Assembly (NCBI GenBank): GCA_963798485.1
Contig: CAWCTR010000023.1
Span: 64,001 to 128,000 of the forward strand
DNA length: 64,000 nucleotides
From: an uncultured delta proteobacterium
GTDB lineage: Bacteria > Desulfobacterota > Desulfomonilia > UBA1062
Direction: 5' to 3'
How positions within the stretch are numbered: the stretch's first letter is position 1; every line of letters begins with the position of its first letter. The notes below the pieces were generated by a model. That model saw only the letters and a list, made by a program, of their open reading frames with translations. It was not told the origin of the DNA and searched no databases. The position numbers and the translations under genes were made by a program. Below are positions 10,358 through 19,258 of this stretch, in pieces.

Positions 10358-11647
10358 ATGGCGAACGTGGTGATTGTCGATGGAGTAAGGACAGCGGTAG
10401 GCGGCTTTGGGGGGACACTGAAGGATGTTCCGGCCAAGGAGCTTGGCGCGCTTGTTATTCACGAGGTCCTTAATAAGAATGGACTCAGGCCGGAAGTTTC
10501 CGTATCGAGCAAGGAATACGCGCCTGATGTTTTCAAGAATGCAGGCCTGTCGGTCATTGAAGAGAAATACTCCGGCTGGTCCAAAGACCTCAAAGGTATC
10601 GTGATCGATGAAGTTATCATGGGCAACGTGCTCCAGGCAGGCCAGGGCCAGAATCCTGCCAGGCAGGCCATGATCATGGCAGGGCTCCCCAAGGAGACGG
10701 GTGCATTCACCATCAACAAGGTCTGCGCATCGGGCATGAAGGCCATCGCCCTGGCTACGGCATCCATCATTGCAGGTGATAACAACGTCGTCATTGCAGG
10801 CGGCATGGAGAATATGAGCGACGTGCCCATCTCGCTGCCCAAGGCACGCTGGGGTTACCGCATGGACATGCCCTATGGCAAGACCATGGACCTCATGGTG
10901 TTCGACGGCCTCTATGAGATCTTTTATGGCTATCACATGGGCATCACGGCCGAGAACATCGCCGAGAAATACGGCATCACCAGGGCCGAGCAGGACAAGA
11001 TGGGTATCGACAGCCACATGCGCGCACTGGCTGCCATAAAATCCGGTATTTTGAAAGGCGAGATCGTGCCGGTGAAGATCCCCAAGAAAAAGGGTGACGC
11101 ATTAATATTTGACACGGACGAGCGTCCCATGGACACCACCCTGGAGAAGATGGGCAAGCTCGCCACTGTTTTCAAGAAGGACGGCACGGTCACGGCAGGC
11201 AACGCATCGGGCATCAATGATGCCGCGGCCGCCTGCCTGGTCATGAATGAAGACAAGGCCAAAGAGTTGGGGCTCAAGCCCATGGTCAGGATTAAGGGCT
11301 ATGCAACAGGCGGAGTGGACCCGTCATATATGGGCCTCGGGCCAATCCCTGCAGTCAGGAAGCTGCTGAAGATCACCAAGACATCGGTGAAGGACTATGG
11401 CCTCTTCGAGGTGAATGAGGCCTTTGCATCACAGGCCATTGCCTGCATGCGGGAGCTGAACATGGACTGGAACATCACGAATGTAAACGGCTCCGCAATC
11501 TCCATCGGCCACCCTATCGGCTGCACCGGTGCACGTATTATCATAGCGCTGGCCAACGAGATGAAAAGGCGCGACATTGGGCTCGGCATGGCGTCGCTCT
11601 GCATCGGCGGTGGCATGGGAATGGCCATGGCCATTGAGCTTGTTTAA
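10358..11647 (+). CDS. Acetyl-CoA C-acetyltransferase (thiolase)
   Basis: NKVCASG, NEAFA, GHPIGCTG and CIGGGMG catalytic motifs; ~35-aa insertion near the N-terminus. Confidence 0.95.
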   Translation: MANVVIVDGVRTAVGGFGGTLKDVPAKELGALVIHEVLNKNGLRPEVSVSSKEYAPDVFKNAGLSVIEEKYSGWSKDLKGIVIDEVIMGNVLQAGQGQNPARQAMIMAGLPKETGAFTINKVCASGMKAIALATASIIAGDNNVVIAGGMENMSDVPISLPKARWGYRMDMPYGKTMDLMVFDGLYEIFYGYHMGITAENIAEKYGITRAEQDKMGIDSHMRALAAIKSGILKGEIVPVKIPKKKGDALIFDTDERPMDTTLEKMGKLATVFKKDGTVTAGNASGINDAAAACLVMNEDKAKELGLKPMVRIKGYATGGVDPSYMGLGPIPAVRKLLKITKTSVKDYGLFEVNEAFASQAIACMRELNMDWNITNVNGSAISIGHPIGCTGARIIIALANEMKRRDIGLGMASLCIGGGMGMAMAIELV

Positions 11648-11671
11648 GAAAAGGAAGAGTGAAAAGGGGTT

Positions 11672-11692
11672 GCCCCCCCACGGTGGGGGGGC
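11672..11692. terminator. GC-rich hairpin between convergent genes
   Basis: GCCCCCCCA-cgg-TGGGGGGGC; no strong U-tract. Confidence 0.55.
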
Positions 11693-11703
11693 TGGGGTAT
11701 AGG

Positions 11704-13068
11704 TTATTCCAGATCCTTCCTCCGAATGACCTGGAATACGACTATCGTAATCATGAACAGGATTGCCGAGCCACAAGTGCCTGTAGCGGTATGGGCCGTC
11801 TCGATGAGACATCCGCCCCCGCTACTTCCGCCATCGGAAGCGCTCGCAACCGCAGTGTTTGTATCGTTTGCCTGTGGAGATTCCTGTGCGGATTTCGTTG
11901 AGGTATCAAGGCTTCCCTCGGTAAGGAGCGCCTCATAGGCGTTTACGCAACCACCGCTTGAAACCATGCTCGACCCGGCGCTCGGGATCTTGGTTGCCGA
12001 ATTCAAAATGGCTTCCCTCAACGACTTGTAACCCATATTAGGCGATTGGGAGAGCACCATTGCAGCAATGCCGGCAACAAAGGGCGTAGCAAAAGAGGTC
12101 CCTGCTGCATTGGAAACATAGCCGCTATTTATAGTAGTGGTCGTAATCCCGACCCCGGGCGCCATGATTTGTACGGTTTTCAGTCCGTAATTTGAGAACG
12201 ATGCAAGGCTGCCATCGGTGTCCATTGCGGCAACTGCTATGACATTGTCATAGGGACAGTTGGATGGGTAGTGGCCTGTAGTGTCGTTATTCTGCCCGTT
12301 GTTCCCTGCGGATGCAACAAACAGCACCCCCTTGTTCCTTGCGTATGCAATTGCATCATCCAATGCACTGGATTGATCATAAAAGCCCCAGCTTGCATTG
12401 ATGATCTCTGCACCGTGATCGACGGCATAGTAGATGGCATCTATTGCATCCGAAAGATTCCCTGTAGTCTCGCCGTTGTTGAGCTTCATGAACTTGACTG
12501 GCATGATGGCAATGTTCACATCCCAGGCCACCCCTGCTATACCGATTCCATTATTGCCGGCAGCCCCGAGGATGCCGCACACCTTGGTGCCATGGCCTGC
12601 GTCGTCTTCCGGTGTATCGTCATGGTTCGCGAAATCGTACCCGGGTAGTAACCTGCCCTGCAGATCAGGGTGATCCATATCCACCCCTGAATCGACTACG
12701 GCAACGACAACCTGCTGGCCTGTGCCCTGTTTTGTTATGAGGTCCCAAGCATCTTCAAGCCCGAGTTGGCTCCACTCATCATCTGGATATGGCCAGTCAT
12801 CCGGGACCGTCTCAGCCTTGATGATGTAGTTCGGTTCCGCATACTCGACATCATCGCTTGCCCTGAGCTCTTTTATAGCCTTGTCGGCATCGTCCACTGC
12901 AACGGCTATCGGCCGCTCTTCCACCAAGGCTTCTGATGAAAGACCTTGTGGGTTCTTTGTCTTGAATTTCACGATGACCTCGTCCGTGCGATAATTTGCA
13001 GCATTGAGCGAAAAGGCCGACAGGATGAAAACCAGGATGCCGAGAGAAAATGTTCTATAGTCTTTCAC
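11704..13068 (-). CDS. Secreted S8 (subtilisin-like) serine peptidase with C-terminal Gly-rich/Cys membrane-anchor sorting signal
   Basis: Signal peptide; triad motifs VVDSG, GHGT and GTSFATP; tail SSGGGCLIETA + TM helix + RRK. Confidence 0.92.
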   Translation of the reverse strand: MKDYRTFSLGILVFILSAFSLNAANYRTDEVIVKFKTKNPQGLSSEALVEERPIAVAVDDADKAIKELRASDDVEYAEPNYIIKAETVPDDWPYPDDEWSQLGLEDAWDLITKQGTGQQVVVAVVDSGVDMDHPDLQGRLLPGYDFANHDDTPEDDAGHGTKVCGILGAAGNNGIGIAGVAWDVNIAIMPVKFMKLNNGETTGNLSDAIDAIYYAVDHGAEIINASWGFYDQSSALDDAIAYARNKGVLFVASAGNNGQNNDTTGHYPSNCPYDNVIAVAAMDTDGSLASFSNYGLKTVQIMAPGVGITTTTINSGYVSNAAGTSFATPFVAGIAAMVLSQSPNMGYKSLREAILNSATKIPSAGSSMVSSGGCVNAYEALLTEGSLDTSTKSAQESPQANDTNTAVASASDGGSSGGGCLIETAHTATGTCGSAILFMITIVVFQVIRRKDLE

Positions 13069-13107
13069 CTTATACCCCCCTGATCGTTGATGATCTGGGT
13101 TGACTAA

Positions 13108-13123
13108 GGCAAGGCGGATGCCA
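13108..13123 (-). promoter_or_regulatory. sigma54 (-24/-12) promoter of the S8 peptidase
   Basis: Minus strand TGGCATCCGCCTTGCC = GG-N10-GC; IHF-like TAACAATACGTTA at 13164-13176. Confidence 0.75.
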
Positions 13124-13317
13124 AGATATTTGATGCCGGATGATTATTATGATTACATAATAATAACAATACGTTAAAGTGAATTAAATGGGCTTATGGC
13201 TCTTTATTGACGGTTACACAAGTTGCAGCATGGTATTCTGAATTACAATCAGTGGAATCTGTTATGTAACCGGCATGTAACTGAACAGGTGATTCAGGGC
13301 AGGTTAAACTATTTGTA

Positions 13318-14118
13318 TTATGATCTCCCCTTGAGCAGTTCCTCATAACCCTTGCTGAACAAGTGATACTGCTCAGGTGTTATTTCCTGAGGCCGCGCTC
13401 CAAGATTGATGCCCGCATACCCACAGAGCTTCTCAAGGGCTTCTTCATCCATGGACGGTAGTTGCGACAGCGTGTTCCTGAGGGTCTTCCTCCTCTGGCC
13501 GAAGGCCTTGGAAACTACACGCCGGAACACCTCCATATCAGACTGGGGTATGGGAGAGCTTTTCGGCGTGAGCTTGATTACCTGGGAATCAACCTTGGGC
13601 CGGGGGAAAAAATTGTTCGGCCCGACAATAAACCCGGGTGATGCATCGAATCCGGCTGAGACTATTACGCTCAACAAGGAATAGGTCCTGTCTCCGACAT
13701 GCGCACAGATCCTTTGCCCGACCTCCTTTTGGATCATGACGACAACCGATTGGATGCGCCCGGCATGATCTATGAGCCGCATGATAAGCTGTGTTGCAAT
13801 GTTGTAGGGTAGGTTGGAGACTATCTTGGCCCCATGGGGAATAATCCGGCCCAAGTCGCTTTCTAAAATGTCCTGGTGAACAAGCTGCAGGTTACTGAAA
13901 TCCCTTAGACCCACGCCCAGCTGCTCAAAAAGCTTGTCGTCCTTCTCGATGGCGATGACCTTTGATGCGTACTTGAGGAGCACCCGGGTCAGCATGCCCC
14001 TGCCGGGCCCGACCTCCACAACCATATCCTTTTTGCCGATGTCGGCAAGGGATGCCATCTTCTCGGCAATCCCGATATTTTTCAGGAAGTTCTGAGAGAG
14101 GGAGCGTTTTGGTCTCAT
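13318..14118 (-). CDS. rsmA: 16S rRNA m6,2A dimethyltransferase RsmA/KsgA
   Basis: KRSLSQNFL, EVGPGRG, SNLPYNI, QKEV, FFPRPKVDS. Confidence 0.96.
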   Translation of the reverse strand: MRPKRSLSQNFLKNIGIAEKMASLADIGKKDMVVEVGPGRGMLTRVLLKYASKVIAIEKDDKLFEQLGVGLRDFSNLQLVHQDILESDLGRIIPHGAKIVSNLPYNIATQLIMRLIDHAGRIQSVVVMIQKEVGQRICAHVGDRTYSLLSVIVSAGFDASPGFIVGPNNFFPRPKVDSQVIKLTPKSSPIPQSDMEVFRRVVSKAFGQRRKTLRNTLSQLPSMDEEALEKLCGYAGINLGARPQEITPEQYHLFSKGYEELLKGRS

Positions 14119-14179
14119 AATAATTGTTTACCTCATGTAGCAGGGCAATTCCAGTCAAAGGCAATGGGGCTTATTTATC

Positions 14180-15253
14180 TCACCCCGTTATGGATGACCA
14201 CCTCGATACGGCATTCATATCAAGATCCGCAAAATGACCGTCCCTGAAGTGCCTGATGCCGGCGATGCCGATCATGGCTGCGTTGTCGGTGCAATATTTC
14301 CTTTCCGGGATGACGAGACGTATCCCGGAGAGGCCTGCCTTCTCTTTCATGGCCTCCCGCAGGGCGGTGTTGCTTGCCACACCGCCGGCGACCACTATGA
14401 GGCCTATGCCGGTATCCTTTGCGGCCCTGATGGTCTTGGTTACGAGCACATCCACTACTGCTGCCTGAAAGGCGGCCGAGATTTCGGGTATAAGGTGTTC
14501 TTTGCCGGGCTTTGGTTTCTTTGCCTCGGGCAAGCCTGAAAATCTCAGGTCGAGCCCTTCGAAGATATCGGACTTTATCACAAGGTTCAGGACCGCTGTC
14601 TTGAGGCCCGAGAAACTGAAGTCATAACTGTGATCATTCATCAGAGGCCTTGGTAGGTTGATGGAACCATGGTCTATCCCCCTGGATATCTTTTCAATGA
14701 TCACCCCTCCGGGATAACCCAGGTTTAAAAGCTTGGCAACCTTGTCAAAGGCCTCTCCTGCAGCGTCATCGATGGTCTGGCCGATCTGGGTGATATCGGA
14801 TTCGCTTTTAACATGATAGAGCGATGTATGGCCCCCGGAGACCACCATGCCCAGGTGCGGGTAGGTCAGCTCGGCGCCGATTTTGGCGGCACAGAGATGA
14901 CCCTCAAGGTGGTTGATCCCGCACAGAGGGATGGAAAGGCCATAGGCCAGGGCCTTGGCATAGGAAATACCCACCAATAAGGCCCCGATAAGGCCCGGTC
15001 CCTGTGTGACTGCGATCCCGTCGAGGCGGGTCAGGCTTATATCCGCCTGATGAAGCGCCTCATCCACAACAGGGACGATGAGCTCGATATGCCTGCGGGA
15101 TGCGATCTCAGGCACCACGCCGCCGAACACGGCATGGTCTTCAATCTGGCTCGCCACAACGTTTGACAGGATCTCGCCTTGAGTCGTGACTACAGCGGCT
15201 GCGGTCTCGTCGCAGGAGGTCTCGATGGCAAGGAGGTATCGTGTCTCGCTCAT
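14180..15253 (-). CDS. tsaD: tRNA N6-threonylcarbamoyladenosine synthesis protein TsaD
   Basis: IETSCDET, GGVVPEIASRRH, HLEGH, DDAAGEAFDK, CTDNAAMI. Confidence 0.97.
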   Translation of the reverse strand: MSETRYLLAIETSCDETAAAVVTTQGEILSNVVASQIEDHAVFGGVVPEIASRRHIELIVPVVDEALHQADISLTRLDGIAVTQGPGLIGALLVGISYAKALAYGLSIPLCGINHLEGHLCAAKIGAELTYPHLGMVVSGGHTSLYHVKSESDITQIGQTIDDAAGEAFDKVAKLLNLGYPGGVIIEKISRGIDHGSINLPRPLMNDHSYDFSFSGLKTAVLNLVIKSDIFEGLDLRFSGLPEAKKPKPGKEHLIPEISAAFQAAVVDVLVTKTIRAAKDTGIGLIVVAGGVASNTALREAMKEKAGLSGIRLVIPERKYCTDNAAMIGIAGIRHFRDGHFADLDMNAVSRWSSITG

Positions 15254-15296
15254 GGCTTTTCTCGTTGAGGTATGTGTCTGTCCGGCCGATTGTGGT

Positions 15297-15836
15297 TTAG
15301 GATGAGAGGTCGTGACGTGTCAGCAGCGAGCGTACCTCGTACCCCAGGGCCTCAATGGCCTCTTTGCCGCCCTCGCACCGGTCGAACACGGCCACTACCA
15401 ATTCGATCTCCATACCTGCCTCCTTGATGCGCTCGATGGCGGCAATCGTACTGGCGCCCGTGGTGATGACATCCTCCACGACCAGGGCCCGCTGGCCGGC
15501 CACAACAGGCCCCTCGATAACATTACCCGTACCGTGGGTCTTCTGGGACTTGCGCACGAGAAAGGCCATGATCTCCCTGCCTTCCTGATAAGCAGCCAGG
15601 CTGGTGGCGACGGCAATGGGGTCGGCGCCCACAGACATGCCACCCACGGCATCCACCTTCCTGTCCTTGATGAGGTCATAGGTGAGTGAGCCTATAATGG
15701 AGGCCCCCACAGGGTTTAGCGTGACCTTGCGCAGATCAACGTAGATGTCCGACTCCTTGCCCGATGACAGGATGAACTTGCCGAACTTCACTGCATCGCG
15801 CTTGACGATTTGTTTAAGCTGATCGGTTTTATTCAT
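15297..15836 (-). CDS. pyrE: Orotate phosphoribosyltransferase
   Basis: LSSGKESDIYVD, RKSQKTHG, PRPP motif VVEDVITTG; ATG at 15836 overlaps the purB end. Confidence 0.94.
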   Translation of the reverse strand: MNKTDQLKQIVKRDAVKFGKFILSSGKESDIYVDLRKVTLNPVGASIIGSLTYDLIKDRKVDAVGGMSVGADPIAVATSLAAYQEGREIMAFLVRKSQKTHGTGNVIEGPVVAGQRALVVEDVITTGASTIAAIERIKEAGMEIELVVAVFDRCEGGKEAIEALGYEVRSLLTRHDLSS

Positions 15837-17124
15837 GGAAGACCCTTTCAAAGATGGTGTTTATGTGGGCTAGGTGGTGGGAGAGGTCGAAGAGGTCATC
15901 GATCTGTTTTTTCCCGAGCACCTTCCCGATTGCCTTATCCTTCTTGAGGAGCGCCTTGAAATCCGCATCACCCTCCCAGACTTTAAGCGCGTTGCGCTGG
16001 ACCAGCGCATAGGCATCATCGCGGGCCATGCCCTTGTCCACCAGCGCCAGCAGGACATTCTGGGAATGCCAAAGGCCCTTGGTGAGCTCCAGGTTCTTCT
16101 TGATGTTCTCAGGAAAGACCACGAGCCCTTCGATGATGCCCGTGAGCCTGACAAGCATGAAATCCAGCACCGTGGTCGCATCCGGCCCGATCACCCTCTC
16201 AACGCTGCTGTGGCTGATATCGCGCTCATGCCAGAGCGCCACGTTCTCCAGGGCTGATATGCAGTATCCGCGGAGAAGCCGGGCCAGCCCGGTGATATTC
16301 TCGCTTCCGATGGGGTTCTTCTTGTGCGGCATGGCCGACGATCCCTTCTGCCCCTTGCCGAAAGGCTCCATGGCCTCCAGCACCTCGGTGCGCTGGAGGT
16401 GCCTGATCTCGGTGGCGATCTTTTCAGCCGTTGCGCCTATAATGGCCAGCGTTGCGAAGAACTCCGCATGCCTGTCCCGCTGGAGGATCTGGGTGCTTAT
16501 AGATGCAGGCTTGAGGCCAAGCTTTTTGCACACGTACTCCTCCACCGCAGGCGGCACGTTGGCAAAGGTACCTACCGCCCCTGAGATCTTCCCATAGGAG
16601 ATCACCGTGAGGGCCTGGAGCATGCGCGTGAGGTTCCGCTCCATTTCCGAATACCAGAGTGCGAATTTCAACCCAAAGGTGATGGGCTCTGCATGGATGC
16701 CATGGGACCTGCCCATGGCAGGGGTGTCTTTGAATTCGTAGGCCCTTTTTTTCAGCGACTCCATCAGTGCCTTGATGTCTTCGATGATCACCTTGCCGCT
16801 CTCTTTAAGGAGCATGGAATAGGCCGTGTCCAGAATATCCGATGAGGTGAGCCCCATGTGGATGAACCGGGCGTCCTCACCCACATGTTCAGCTACACAG
16901 CTCACAAAGGCGATGACGTCATGACGGGTTATGGCCTCGATCTCTTCGATGCGCTCCACGGTGAAGCAGGCCTTTCCCCTGATGGTCGCAAGACTTTTTT
17001 TCGGGATCTTGCCGAGTTTCGCCCATGCCTCGCATACGGCCAATTCCACATCGAGCCACTTCTGATAGCGGTTCTCCTCCGACCAGATCCCGGACAACTG
17101 TTTCCTGGTATATCGTGGTATCAC
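15829..17124 (-). CDS. purB: Adenylosuccinate lyase
   Basis: MIPRY, HMGLTSSD, GRSHGIHAEP, GSSAMPHKKNP, HERDISHSS. Confidence 0.97.
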   Translation of the reverse strand: MIPRYTRKQLSGIWSEENRYQKWLDVELAVCEAWAKLGKIPKKSLATIRGKACFTVERIEEIEAITRHDVIAFVSCVAEHVGEDARFIHMGLTSSDILDTAYSMLLKESGKVIIEDIKALMESLKKRAYEFKDTPAMGRSHGIHAEPITFGLKFALWYSEMERNLTRMLQALTVISYGKISGAVGTFANVPPAVEEYVCKKLGLKPASISTQILQRDRHAEFFATLAIIGATAEKIATEIRHLQRTEVLEAMEPFGKGQKGSSAMPHKKNPIGSENITGLARLLRGYCISALENVALWHERDISHSSVERVIGPDATTVLDFMLVRLTGIIEGLVVFPENIKKNLELTKGLWHSQNVLLALVDKGMARDDAYALVQRNALKVWEGDADFKALLKKDKAIGKVLGKKQIDDLFDLSHHLAHINTIFERVFHE

Positions 17125-18044
17125 TTCTTTCTGACCCTCCGGTCTATCATATAGTTGCTGCCTTCGAGTTCTTTGATATGCTTCTTGATGTCAGTGGCAT
17201 CCTGGGAGGCCTGGCCGTAGTGGGTGTAGTGCCCGTCTACATTCAGCACGACAGCCAACGAGATGGACATCATGGGGTATTTCCGCACCACGCCGTTCCT
17301 GCCGGTTGAAATGATGCCCCCTTGATCAAGGTCATCATCATTATAGAAATTTTTTATGACCATATCGAACCTTGATATCACCTCTTCGCACAGAGACCGT
17401 ATATAATTCTCCGGGCAGATAAACACGAAGTCGTCCCCGCCCACATGGCCCACAAAGGTCTTTTCATCCCTGAGCTCTTTGAGAGCATTCGTGATAATCC
17501 TGCCTGTGGCGATAAGGACTTCATCGCCCCGTGAAAAACCGTAGCGGTCATTAAAGGGCTTAAAGTTATCGATGTCGACCCATGTGATGGCGATCTCATC
17601 GGCTGCGTCCAACTTGTCCTGGATGCACCGGATTATGGATTCATTGCCGGGCAGCCTGGTGAGGGGGTTCATACCCACATCCCTTACAGAGCGCTTGGAT
17701 ATGAATTCGAGCCGCCTCTTGATGGCAATGTCGGCATCGTTGATAATGATATAGTCATCAATGGGGTTATCCTGCCAGGATACATGTTCCAACGAACCCT
17801 TTTCCATCAGGGCGACAATGGGGACATGCCCAAAGATGGTATTGCTCCTGAATTCCCGGACAATCCCACCCCCCTTGGTCAACAGATACCCGCCGTCAAT
17901 GAGGATAAGGTCAGGAGGGTCCATGTAGATCATGGAGATAACGTCCTGGCTTGCCATCAAGACCTGAAACGAGTCGAACATGGGACCGATGAGCTCGCTG
18001 AAGCGACTATCCGCACTTTTCTCTACGATAAAAACGGCCCTCAC
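17121..18044 (-). CDS. Degenerate receiver + GGDEF-domain protein (GGDDF variant)
   Basis: PPDLILID receiver-like N-terminus; NPLTRLPGN, DIDNFKPFNDRYG, HVGGDDF. Confidence 0.88.
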   Translation of the reverse strand: MRAVFIVEKSADSRFSELIGPMFDSFQVLMASQDVISMIYMDPPDLILIDGGYLLTKGGGIVREFRSNTIFGHVPIVALMEKGSLEHVSWQDNPIDDYIIINDADIAIKRRLEFISKRSVRDVGMNPLTRLPGNESIIRCIQDKLDAADEIAITWVDIDNFKPFNDRYGFSRGDEVLIATGRIITNALKELRDEKTFVGHVGGDDFVFICPENYIRSLCEEVISRFDMVIKNFYNDDDLDQGGIISTGRNGVVRKYPMMSISLAVVLNVDGHYTHYGQASQDATDIKKHIKELEGSNYMIDRRVRKK

Positions 18045-18048
18045 CGCA

Positions 18049-18894
18049 TCACCCCGCCGGCGCCTGCTGAAACATCTCCACTTCCTCGAGATCTTCCATG
18101 ATTTTTTTCATGAGTTTTGGCAGGTCTACTTTATCCATCCCTATGTTGTCCCAGGCCTTACGCGAGATCTGCCCCACCCAGGGGTCGCCGCCGTTTCCCA
18201 CGCCGCAGGCCCTTACAAAGGCATCGGCGATGTGCACCACTGCCACCCTGTCCTTGAACTTCAATGCCCCGTCAGGGTCGTGGTGGCCGGCAATGGGAAC
18301 CGAAAGCTTTTCCGGGAGGTTCCATTCCCTTGAAAGCCATAGCCCGATCTCGGCATGATCCACTTCCAGGATTTCGAGCTCGGCCTCCCTGAAGGAAATC
18401 TGCTTGGCATTCACCACGTCCACGATCTTGTCATAGTCCGTGCTCAGGGAGACCCTCACCAGGAGCTTACCGATATCGTGGAGCAGGGCTGCGGTGGATA
18501 TCTCCTCAGGTTCGTTTAAACCTAAAGCCCTGCTGATAGTGCCTGAAGCGATGGCCGAGCCCAGCGAGTGCCCCCAGAGACCTACCATGGAGCGTTCCAT
18601 CAGGTCAAAGACCGAGGCCGAGAGCACCACGCCCTTGATTACGTTGAACCCTAAGAGGATAATGGCGTGGCTGATGGATGAGATCCTGCCCGGGAACCCA
18701 TAAAAGGATGAGTTTACGAGCTTGAGCACGCGCGCCCCCAGGATCTGGTCGGATGAGATAAGCTTGCCGACGTCTTTGGGCGAGACATCAGGGCTTTCCA
18801 CCATTGTCATGAGCTTCTCCACCACCTTGGGAAGCGTTGGCAGGCTCTGGATCTTCCGGGCGAGCACCTTCAAATGCTGGACCTTTGTGCTCAT
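18049..18894 (-). CDS. HDOD-domain protein
   Basis: LPTLP, DQILGARVLKLVNSSFYG, ALLHDIGK, DHAEIG..L...WNLP. Confidence 0.92.
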   Translation of the reverse strand: MSTKVQHLKVLARKIQSLPTLPKVVEKLMTMVESPDVSPKDVGKLISSDQILGARVLKLVNSSFYGFPGRISSISHAIILLGFNVIKGVVLSASVFDLMERSMVGLWGHSLGSAIASGTISRALGLNEPEEISTAALLHDIGKLLVRVSLSTDYDKIVDVVNAKQISFREAELEILEVDHAEIGLWLSREWNLPEKLSVPIAGHHDPDGALKFKDRVAVVHIADAFVRACGVGNGGDPWVGQISRKAWDNIGMDKVDLPKLMKKIMEDLEEVEMFQQAPAG

Positions 18895-19238
18895 GGATGT
18901 CCTCCTTCCCCGTTAGTATCACCTTCCCTATCCGTCTCGAGAGCCATGAGGGCGCTTTGTGCAGCAGAAAGAATCTTTTGCATGAGAGGGTCCCCTTGAA
19001 CCCGGGAGAACCTTGCCCTGAGCTCCTCTATTTTTTGCTCCTTGGTTTTTGTCTCGCCGCCGAGATTCACAGGGTGCCCCTTGAGGATTACATGAGACAC
19101 ATTCATCCGTATGAGGCGCTCGATAATGGTCTCGCTCAGCTCTGTGTCCTCGGCACACAGCGCCATGCCTGCATCATTGGTTATGGGTTTGGCCAGCACC
19201 ATACCGGGTTTTACCAGTTCTATGGGGACCTTCTGCAT
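18891..19238 (-). CDS. Small conserved hypothetical protein (VKPGMVLAKPI motif, resembling the N-terminal module of HD-GYP/HDOD partners)
   Basis: ORF with SD AAGGAGG; stop overlaps the HDOD start (ATGA). Confidence 0.7.
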   Translation of the reverse strand: MQKVPIELVKPGMVLAKPITNDAGMALCAEDTELSETIIERLIRMNVSHVILKGHPVNLGGETKTKEQKIEELRARFSRVQGDPLMQKILSAAQSALMALETDREGDTNGEGGHP

Positions 19239-19258
19239 GAGAGCCTCCTTTAAGGAAT

